Below, one piece after another: positions 57,244 through 64,000 of a stretch of DNA of 64,000 nucleotides. Numbering within the stretch: position 1 is the stretch's first letter; every line of letters begins with the position of its first letter. Location: NCBI RefSeq assembly GCF_042682685.1, contig NZ_JBHUHX010000009.1:55805-119804 (forward strand), given 5' to 3'. Made by a program: the position numbers and the translations under genes. Source of the DNA: Thiorhodococcus fuscus (GTDB lineage: Bacteria > Pseudomonadota > Gammaproteobacteria > Chromatiales > Chromatiaceae). The notes beneath the pieces are model-generated. The model saw nothing but the letters and a program-made list of their open reading frames with translations, was not told where the DNA came from and did not search any database.

Positions 57244-58216
57244 CTCTTCGCCCATCCAAGGCCAAAGCGACCGGCTACAGCAACGCGCCATCGGCGCCTA
57301 TCTGGGCATGGCCGTCGGCGACGCCCTGGGCGCGACCGTCGAATTCCTCACCCCGCGCGAGATCCGGGATCAGTACGGCGAGCACCGCGACATCATCGGC
57401 GGCGGCTGGCTGCGTCTGCGCAAGGGACGGGTAACGGACGACACCGAGATGAACCTGGCGCTGGGCCGAAGCCTGCTCGCCGCAGGCGGCCTGGATGCCG
57501 TCGCCATCGCCGAGTCCTTCAGCGACTGGATGCGCACCAAACCGGTCGACATCGGACACACGGTCCGGCGCGGCATCAGTCTCTATCGGCGCACCGGACA
57601 GACCCAAGTCCCGGAGAACGAGTACGACGCCGGCAATGGCGCCTGCATGCGCGCCCTGCCGATCGCGCTCTACACCCTGGGCGCGACGCCCGACGAGGTC
57701 GACACGGCCAACCGCCTCCAGGCCCACATCACCCATCACAACGCCTTGTCCGATCTCGGTACGTTCGCCGTGATCCGCATGGTCCAGACCGCCCTGCTGG
57801 GCGGAACCGTCATCGATCTGGCGACGCTCGCCAAACAACTCGTCGACGCCGACGCCCATTTCCGCTACGACCGCAAACGCACCGAGAATCCCGGCGGCTA
57901 TATCGTCGAAACCCTTCAAGCCGTCATCCAGTCGCTGTTGCAGACCGACTCATTCGAATCGGCGCTGGTGGATGTGGTCAATCGAGGAGGCGACGCAGAC
58001 ACCACGGGGGCGATCCTGGGCATGATCGCGGGCGCGCTCTACGGTCCCGAGGCAATCCCCAAGCGCTGGATGAACACGCTGGACAAGGAGACGGCCAAGG
58101 CCTGCCGAGCGCAGGCTCTGGCCCTGGTGCGGGCATCCCCGCACCAGGGCGGGAATCTGAGGCTGAGCCTCAAGCCTGGCGAGCGGACGAGCACTCAGCA
58201 AGCCGCCCCTTCCTGA
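57221..58216 (+). CDS. draG: ADP-ribosyl-[dinitrogen reductase] glycohydrolase DraG
   Basis: AIGAYLGMAVGDALGATVEFLTPREIRDQYG..GGGWLRLRKGRVTDDTEMNLALGRSL..GGDADTTGAILG closely matches the DraG/ADP-ribosylglycohydrolase family. Overlaps the nifQ 3' end in another frame. Confidence 0.8.
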   Translation: MFVSNPTDSSPIQGQSDRLQQRAIGAYLGMAVGDALGATVEFLTPREIRDQYGEHRDIIGGGWLRLRKGRVTDDTEMNLALGRSLLAAGGLDAVAIAESFSDWMRTKPVDIGHTVRRGISLYRRTGQTQVPENEYDAGNGACMRALPIALYTLGATPDEVDTANRLQAHITHHNALSDLGTFAVIRMVQTALLGGTVIDLATLAKQLVDADAHFRYDRKRTENPGGYIVETLQAVIQSLLQTDSFESALVDVVNRGGDADTTGAILGMIAGALYGPEAIPKRWMNTLDKETAKACRAQALALVRASPHQGGNLRLSLKPGERTSTQQAAPS

Positions 58217-58607
58217 GCGCATCACGCCACAGATGGGCCGCCAGGGCGCTGTCCATCGTAAGTGCGTGCTGGGCGAACCAGTCCGGCATCTGCTCGATCA
58301 CATAGGCACGCGCCATGGCGACCTGCCCGCGCCGCACCTGCCGTGCGAACCGCTCCAGGTCGCCGAGGACGCGTTGATGATCGGCGCGATGCTCGGCGAT
58401 CGGGCCGAAGGCCGTCTCGCGCATCATCGCCTCCTCCGCTGCGAAGTGGGCGTGGGTGTGAAGCACCATCTCACCGAAGAGATCGGCGAAGCTCGCGTTC
58501 GACGCACCGTCCATGCGGTTGAGAAGATCGACGAACTCACGGTGGTTCCGGTCCATGGCGGGCATGCCCAACAGAAAGCGTGCCTCGAAATCCTCGATCA
58601 GGGCCAT
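58170..58607 (-). CDS. Hemerythrin-like (HHE cation-binding) domain protein
   Basis: 145 aa. H..F..L, HTHAHFAAEE, AEHRADHQR His/Glu ligand spacing of bacteriohemerythrins. The 3' end overlaps draG by ~47 bp, so the true stop may be earlier. Confidence 0.55.
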   Translation of the reverse strand: MALIEDFEARFLLGMPAMDRNHREFVDLLNRMDGASNASFADLFGEMVLHTHAHFAAEEAMMRETAFGPIAEHRADHQRVLGDLERFARQVRRGQVAMARAYVIEQMPDWFAQHALTMDSALAAHLWRDALRKGRLAECSSARQA

Positions 58608-58712
58608 GAATCCTCCTTGGCCAAATCGACGAGCCTGGGTATCGGTCCGAGGTCCGAATCGGCCCGCCGATGATTCGTCCCTCCGCTATGTCATCCGGTC
58701 ACCGGACACGGA

Positions 58713-59600
58713 TCAGCAGCCGCTCTCATGCGCGACAGGAATCAGCTCGCCCATCGGGTCCAGCGTTCCGGCCGCCGCCAGGAAATCCGGGATATCGGCC
58801 TCGATGATCTCCACATCCTTGGTCGCACAGAAACGGCGTTCCTTGTCGGTAGGATTGGGAATCAAGGCCCAGCCCGCCGGTGAGCCGGCCGCATAGATCA
58901 TATCCGACATCACCATCCGCTCGGTGTCGCGGTTGAGGCTCAGCCCGAGGAAGAGATAGCGCTTACCCGGCCGATAGGCCTTGATGAAGGATGGAATGGC
59001 AAAGCCGCCCATCAGTTCGGTGATGTAATCCACATAGTCGGCGTCGGACGCGATGTAAGTGGAGTCCGGGCGCGGACTGCCCATCGGCTTGAACAGGATC
59101 GGCAGACTCGGGTCAACCGCTTCCTGCGCCACCTCGCGGTAAACCGTCCCGTCGTAGGCATGGATTCGGAACCGATAGTCCGTGCCGCCGGTTCGGGCGA
59201 TCCCCCTAACCAGGGTGTGCGGCACGTCGGAATAGGAATCCTGCAGCTGCAGGTCGCGGTTGATGTCGATCAGATAGCGAGGGCGAATCGACCGCAACCA
59301 ATCGTGCAGGGGCGCACGCGTCCAGGAACGCGTCGCATAGGTCGCTTCGAGAAAACGGTGGACGGCACCACGCCCACGCTTGAGTTCGACATCCATGGCC
59401 GCGCGCGAGAACTCCCACATGAGACGGGGGGACATGGGTCGACCGTTGTTCATGGCCAGAATCAGACTGTCGCTATCGGCCGGAATGGGCTCGCCCGTGG
59501 ACGTATCCACGGAGCCGGTCAGAGCGCCGGCCCCCAGATAGGGAACCAGTTCGCCGCGAGCCACCTCGTTCGCGAGAGATTCAAGTCGTGCAGACACCAT
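58713..59600 (-). CDS. SIR2-like (SIR2_2 family) domain protein, solitary
   Basis: 295 aa. LVPYLGAGALTGS (GAGxS NAD-binding loop), YLIDINRDLQLQ (TTNYD-like), FRIHAYDG (His), YLFLGLSLNRDTE (lFlGySl.D). Confidence 0.5.
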   Translation of the reverse strand: MVSARLESLANEVARGELVPYLGAGALTGSVDTSTGEPIPADSDSLILAMNNGRPMSPRLMWEFSRAAMDVELKRGRGAVHRFLEATYATRSWTRAPLHDWLRSIRPRYLIDINRDLQLQDSYSDVPHTLVRGIARTGGTDYRFRIHAYDGTVYREVAQEAVDPSLPILFKPMGSPRPDSTYIASDADYVDYITELMGGFAIPSFIKAYRPGKRYLFLGLSLNRDTERMVMSDMIYAAGSPAGWALIPNPTDKERRFCATKDVEIIEADIPDFLAAAGTLDPMGELIPVAHESGC

Positions 59601-59855
59601 CGGTTTACCCCTGAGCAGCTTAACGAATCACTGAAGCTCAGCAAGAAATCTGCCATCAAACGAAGAACGAGGTGTGTTCGGGCGTTTATCGTGCCGATTC
59701 AATCGGCTGCGGGCTTCCGCCGATGCCGATCCAATGCCTGGATCGAAACGCATCGCGCGGGAGACCACGCATTTCGTGCAAAGGGGTACGCACTGTCGCA
59801 AAGACGACAGAGCCGTCGCCTTCCAGACCGCACGCACCCCTCGGGTCAGCCAAGC

Positions 59856-61763
59856 TCAATCGCGCGGTTTGCGGCCGCCCGGTCCGTGATCGCCACGGAA
59901 ACCCTTGGAGTCCTTGCTACCAAAGGATTTACGCGGCCCAGCGCCCTCGGCTTGACGACGGACATTGCCCGACTGCCGGAAGGTCTTCGGCTTGCCCTGA
60001 CCCGGGCCGCCCTTGAAGCGCGACGCGCCCGCGTCCTGACGGGGCTCCCAGGTGCGCCGCGCTGGGGAATCCTCGCTCGTGGCTCCAGCGGCCGAGATGC
60101 GCAACGCCTGACCGCAGACGAAGACGCGCTTGAGATGACTGAAGACCTCGCGCGGCATCCCGTCCGGGAGATCGACGATCGAATGGTCGTTCTGGATGTT
60201 GATGCGACCGATGAAGCGGCCTTCCAGACCCGACTCGTTGGCAATGGCGCCGACGATCTCGCGCGGCGTCGCCCCATGCTGATGTCCGACCTCGATGCGG
60301 TAGCTGACCAGGTTCTCGTTGTCGCGCCGCCCCGGGCCACGCTCCGGACGCGGCGAACGACCCTCGCGCGACTGATTGCGACCCTCGCCGCGACGCGGAC
60401 GCTCGTCCGACCACTCTCGACGCTGGGGCCGAGGCAGATCTTCCTTGACGTCCAGCGGACGCTCGCGCTGATAGAGATAGGCCAGGGAGGCGGCCACATC
60501 GATCATCTCGATTTCCTGCTCCTGACCGATACGGGAGAGCAATCGATAGAAGAAATCGAGGTCCTGCTCGTTCATCGTCTTGCGCACGTCGGCGATGAAG
60601 CGATCGATGCGCGACTCGCTGAGCGCCTCGGCGGACGGCGGATCCATCGGCGGCACACTGCGCCGGATGGTACGCTCGATCGCCTTGAGCAAACCGCGCT
60701 CGCGCGGCTCGACCAGCAGGATGGCGCGCCCCGAGCGCCCGGCACGCCCGGTGCGACCGATGCGATGCACATAGGCCGCCGGATCGGTGGGGATGTCGTA
60801 ATTGACCACGTGACTGATGCGATCCACGTCCAGACCGCGCGCGGCGACATCGGTCGCGACCAGGATGTCGAGCTGCCCCTGCTTGAGCCGCTCGACCGTG
60901 CGCTCGCGCATCTCCTGGTTCATGTCGCCATTGAGCGGCTCGGCCGCGAAGCCCTGCGCCTTGAGCTTATCCGAAAGCTCCGTGGTCGCATTCTTGGTGC
61001 GCACGAAGATCAGCATGCCGTCGAAGGGCTCGAGCTCCAGGATGCGCGTCAGGATGTCGAGCTTGTGAAAGCGGGTGACGATGCAGTGATGCTGATCGAT
61101 GGTATCGACCGTCTCGGAGTTGGCTGCGATCCGCACCTCGACGGGGTCGACGAGCCGTTCCTGCGCCACCTTGCGGATCGCCGGCGGCATGGTCGCCGAG
61201 AAGAGCGCAACCTGGCGCTTTGCGGGCGCCTGGTCGAAGATCCAATCGATGTCCTCGGCGAAACCCATGTTGAGCATCTCGTCGGCCTCGTCCAGCACCA
61301 GTGTGCGGATGCCGTCCATCGAGAGGGTTCCGCGCCGAATGTGGTCCATGACACGACCCGGCGTACCCACGATCACCTGCGGGTTGCGCTTGAGATGACT
61401 CAGCTGCAAGCCATAGCCTTGACCACCATAGATCGGCAGGACGTTGAAGCCCCGCAGGTGAGTGGCATATTGCTGGAAGGCCTCGGCGACCTGGAGCGCC
61501 AGCTCGCGGGTCGGAGCCAACACCAGCACCTGGGGCTGTTTGAGCGAGGGGTCGACCCGGCTGAGCAAGGGCAGCGCGAAGGCCGCCGTCTTGCCGGTGC
61601 CCGTCTGGGCCTGACCGAGCAGATCGCGCCCGGCAAGCAGATGGGGAATGCACTGACTCTGAATGGCGGTCGGGGATTCGTAACCGAGATCTTTTACGGC
61701 TTGTTCAACGCCGGGCGCAAGACCGAGTTCGCCGAAGCTGATGCTCGTGTCGGGGGTATCCAT
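59856..61763 (-). CDS. deaD: DEAD-box ATP-dependent RNA helicase DeaD/CsdA
   Basis: Q-motif FGELGL, AQTGTGKTAAF, DEAD, SAT, HRIGRTGRAGRSG, and a long Arg/Gly-rich C-terminal tail. Confidence 0.9.
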   Translation of the reverse strand: MDTPDTSISFGELGLAPGVEQAVKDLGYESPTAIQSQCIPHLLAGRDLLGQAQTGTGKTAAFALPLLSRVDPSLKQPQVLVLAPTRELALQVAEAFQQYATHLRGFNVLPIYGGQGYGLQLSHLKRNPQVIVGTPGRVMDHIRRGTLSMDGIRTLVLDEADEMLNMGFAEDIDWIFDQAPAKRQVALFSATMPPAIRKVAQERLVDPVEVRIAANSETVDTIDQHHCIVTRFHKLDILTRILELEPFDGMLIFVRTKNATTELSDKLKAQGFAAEPLNGDMNQEMRERTVERLKQGQLDILVATDVAARGLDVDRISHVVNYDIPTDPAAYVHRIGRTGRAGRSGRAILLVEPRERGLLKAIERTIRRSVPPMDPPSAEALSESRIDRFIADVRKTMNEQDLDFFYRLLSRIGQEQEIEMIDVAASLAYLYQRERPLDVKEDLPRPQRREWSDERPRRGEGRNQSREGRSPRPERGPGRRDNENLVSYRIEVGHQHGATPREIVGAIANESGLEGRFIGRINIQNDHSIVDLPDGMPREVFSHLKRVFVCGQALRISAAGATSEDSPARRTWEPRQDAGASRFKGGPGQGKPKTFRQSGNVRRQAEGAGPRKSFGSKDSKGFRGDHGPGGRKPRD

Positions 61764-62069
61764 GGTGGGCCTCGAAGGGAAGGGAGCGTCCTCGAGGCCG
61801 ACCTAATGCAACCTTTGGGACGACATGCAGAAGAACAGGGTATTATCCGCGCAAAAACGCACTCTGGCAACCCGGTTCTCGCAACAAGCACGACTTCGCA
61901 CCCTGTCGCGAAGACTCCCGGATCAGGCGATCGTTCTATCCCGGCGGCGACACACCGAACCACGGGGAGTGGTCGAAACGGGAACCGCCGCTTGACCGAG
62001 GGGTCTATCGGCAGCAGACCCGTGGCTCTCGGCAGCCGCACAGCACTCGCATCCTCAGGAAGTCATCCC

Positions 62070-63398
62070 ATGTCCGAATCGTCCGGCCCCCGTGGAACCG
62101 CCGTTCCCAGCAAACGACTGAGCCGACTCTGGCACCTGGGTCGCGCGACCGGCGATCTGGCCGCCGGCATCGGCGTCAAGGGGCTCGTCGACCTGGCCCG
62201 TAGCCGCAACAGCGACCAGCCGGCGCGCATCCAGCTCTCGCCCGATCGCACCCGCCGCTTCACCGACCGGCTCGCCCGCATGCGCGGCGCCGTGATGAAG
62301 ATGGGTCAGCTCATGTCGATGGACGGCTCCGACGTCTTCACCGCCGAGACGGCAGAGATCATGAGCGCACTGCGCGACAGCGCCGAGCCCATGCCGATGA
62401 GCCAACTCGTACAGGTTCTGGAGGGCGAGTACGGCCACGATTGGAACCGCCGCTTCAAACGCTTCGAGTTCACCCCCATCGCCGCCGCCTCCATCGGTCA
62501 GGTGCACCGGGCGGAGACGCAGGACGGCCGGCATCTGGCGCTCAAGATCCAGTTTCCGGGCGTGCGCGAGAGCATCGACAGCGACATCGACAACCTGGCC
62601 TTCCTCGGCCGCTCGCTCGGAATGGCGCCCAAAGGCGTCGATATCGCCCCCTTTCTCGACGAGGCCCGCCGCCAACTGCACCGCGAGGCCGACTACGCCG
62701 CCGAAGCCGAGGCGCTGGAGCGCTACCGGACACTGATCGGCGACGATCCGGATCTCGTCATCCCGAGCGTGCACCAGGACCTCACCACCCACAACATCCT
62801 TGCCATGGACTTCGCCGAAGGCGTCTCGATCGACCGTCTCTCCGGCCCGGACTACCGCCGCGCCGAGCGCGATCACGCCGCCGAGTCGCTGATGCGGCTC
62901 ACCCTGCGCGAGCTGTTCGAGTTCGGCCTGGTCCAGACCGATCCCAACTTCGGCAACTATCTCTACGACGCGTCGAGCGGGCGCATCACGCTACTGGATT
63001 TCGGCGCTACCAAACCGGTCTCGCCCGAGCTGGTCGAACGTTTCCGCAACCTGGCCCGCTCCACCATCGACGGCGACCGCGAGGGGATGCGCGCCGCCTG
63101 CGTGGCGATCGGCTATGTCGGCGAGGACGATCCGCGCGAGCATGTCGACACCATGCTCGATCTGTTGCAGATGGCCGCCGAACCGCTGCGCCATCCTGGA
63201 CAATACGACTTCGCCACCTCAGACCTGTTCGAGCGGGTCTATCGAAACGGCCGAGCCATGTTCCATTCGGGCGTCTTCAGCACCGCACCCGCGCCGGAAA
63301 CGCTCTTCCTGCACCGCAAGTTCATGGGCTCGTTCATGCTCTCGCGCCGTCTGCGCGCACGGGTCAATCTCGCTGAGATGGCCGAAACATTCATCTGA
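62070..63398 (+). CDS. ABC1/UbiB-family atypical protein kinase
   Basis: 442 aa, ATG at 62070. F.PIAAASIGQVHRA, ALKIQFPG, HGDLHPGN-like TDPNFGNYLY and LLDFG motifs. Embedded in a 1412-aa spurious ORF in the track. Confidence 0.75.
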   Translation: MSESSGPRGTAVPSKRLSRLWHLGRATGDLAAGIGVKGLVDLARSRNSDQPARIQLSPDRTRRFTDRLARMRGAVMKMGQLMSMDGSDVFTAETAEIMSALRDSAEPMPMSQLVQVLEGEYGHDWNRRFKRFEFTPIAAASIGQVHRAETQDGRHLALKIQFPGVRESIDSDIDNLAFLGRSLGMAPKGVDIAPFLDEARRQLHREADYAAEAEALERYRTLIGDDPDLVIPSVHQDLTTHNILAMDFAEGVSIDRLSGPDYRRAERDHAAESLMRLTLRELFEFGLVQTDPNFGNYLYDASSGRITLLDFGATKPVSPELVERFRNLARSTIDGDREGMRAACVAIGYVGEDDPREHVDTMLDLLQMAAEPLRHPGQYDFATSDLFERVYRNGRAMFHSGVFSTAPAPETLFLHRKFMGSFMLSRRLRARVNLAEMAETFI

Positions 63399-63596
63399 GC
63401 GCGGCCGGACTCGCCCCGCGCGGATGTTCGGTCAGAGGCAGGGCGTGGGACGGGCGTCGAGCGGATTCGGCGGCAACGCATGTACGCCATCTCGATCCTC
63501 CGCCCGAGACGCAGGATTCACCCAATATAATAGGGGTATCTCGCCCGATCCGATGCACAACCCCTCGGCCGGCATTCTTGCAATAGAGTAGCGACC

Positions 63597-64000
63597 ATGG
63601 AACTCAGCAGCTTCGTCTTCTCGGCCATCGTGCTCCTCTCGGCAGCCGCCATCTCGGTCGCACTCTTCAAACATCTCGGGCTGGGGTCGATCCTCGGGCT
63701 ACTGGTGGCCGGCATCGTCGTTGGTCCGCACTCGCCCGGCCCCTACGTCACGGCGCACGTCGACGACGTGCGCAACTTCACCGAACTCGGCGTGGTCCTC
63801 CTGCTCTTCATGATCGGACTGGAGATGCAACCCAAGCGACTCTGGGCGCTGCGCCGCGAGGTGTTCGGGCTGGGGACCATTCAGATCCTGCTGAGCGGCC
63901 TGGCGATCTCGGCCTACGTCTCCATCTACGAACCATCCTGGCGGGTCGCGCTTCTGATCGGGCTGACCCTGGCGCTCTCATCTACGGCGTTGGTGATGCA
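63597..64000 (+). CDS. CPA2 monovalent cation:proton antiporter (KefB/KefC-like), 5' portion; continues beyond the window
   Basis: N-terminus LGSILGLLVAGIVVGPH..FTELGVVLLLFMIGLEMQP is the Na_H exchanger/Kef signature. Confidence 0.7.
   Translation, partial: MELSSFVFSAIVLLSAAAISVALFKHLGLGSILGLLVAGIVVGPHSPGPYVTAHVDDVRNFTELGVVLLLFMIGLEMQPKRLWALRREVFGLGTIQILLSGLAISAYVSIYEPSWRVALLIGLTLALSSTALVM

Noticed and set aside
59160-63398. 1412-aa ORF on the plus strand spanning the deaD antisense and the UbiB-like gene
   Set aside because: Its translation is low-complexity Arg/Ala/Gly-rich, typical of an antisense frame in high-GC DNA. The real genes are deaD (minus) and a 442-aa ABC1 kinase starting at ATG 62070.

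Overview
High-GC (~65%) chromosomal segment of a diazotrophic gammaproteobacterium with an Azotobacter/Pseudomonas-type nif organisation. It has three parts. (1) 1-13.2 kb is housekeeping: a 5'-truncated EF-G-family gene, a GGDEF cyclase, feoAB, a SixA-like phosphatase, a fructosamine kinase, an HNH endonuclease, priA, argS, a SPOR protein and an LDH-family dehydrogenase. (2) About 13.23-29.83 kb is a lower-GC ~16.6 kb integrative, prophage/satellite-like element inserted into the last codons of the RNA ligase gene rtcB. The final nine rtcB codons (..RKQVLTVKG*) lie detached at 13.20-13.24 kb. The element carries a large serine recombinase and several antirepressor-like genes (ORF6N/6C-like, Bro-N, Rha, with a decayed array of Bro-N fragment repeats). 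It also carries an SF2 helicase-like protein, a low-GC Type II R-M pair (Dcm-type C5-methyltransferase plus endonuclease) and a RepA-like AAA_25 ATPase followed by an iteron/inverted-repeat region. A resolvase with a res-like site sits at its right end. Upstream of rtcB lie an SPFH/band-7 protein, two MITE-like hairpin repeats, an isolated noncanonical tRNA-like element in >1 kb of noncoding DNA, and an XRE regulator. (3) 35.9-58.2 kb is a nif regulon block: rnfABCDGEH diverging from nifLA (sigma54 -24/-12 promoter and two TGT-N10-ACA NifA sites in the intergenic region), then nifB (two NifA UAS, an AT-rich IHF-like region and a -24/-12 promoter), fdxN, a nifO-like ArsC-family gene, a flavodiiron protein, two 2Fe-2S ferredoxins, nifQ and draG. 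No draT is seen. This block is interrupted by non-nif cargo: trkH, an IS481 transposase remnant, a low-GC TIR-domain gene, a YibE/F gene and an alkaline phosphatase. Beyond draG lie hemerythrin-like and SIR2-like genes, deaD, a UbiB/ABC1 kinase and a partial CPA2 antiporter. The most interesting points are the rtcB-disrupting element and its internal architecture, the tRNA-like element beside the RNA-repair locus, the IS-associated TIR gene and the solitary SIR2-like gene.
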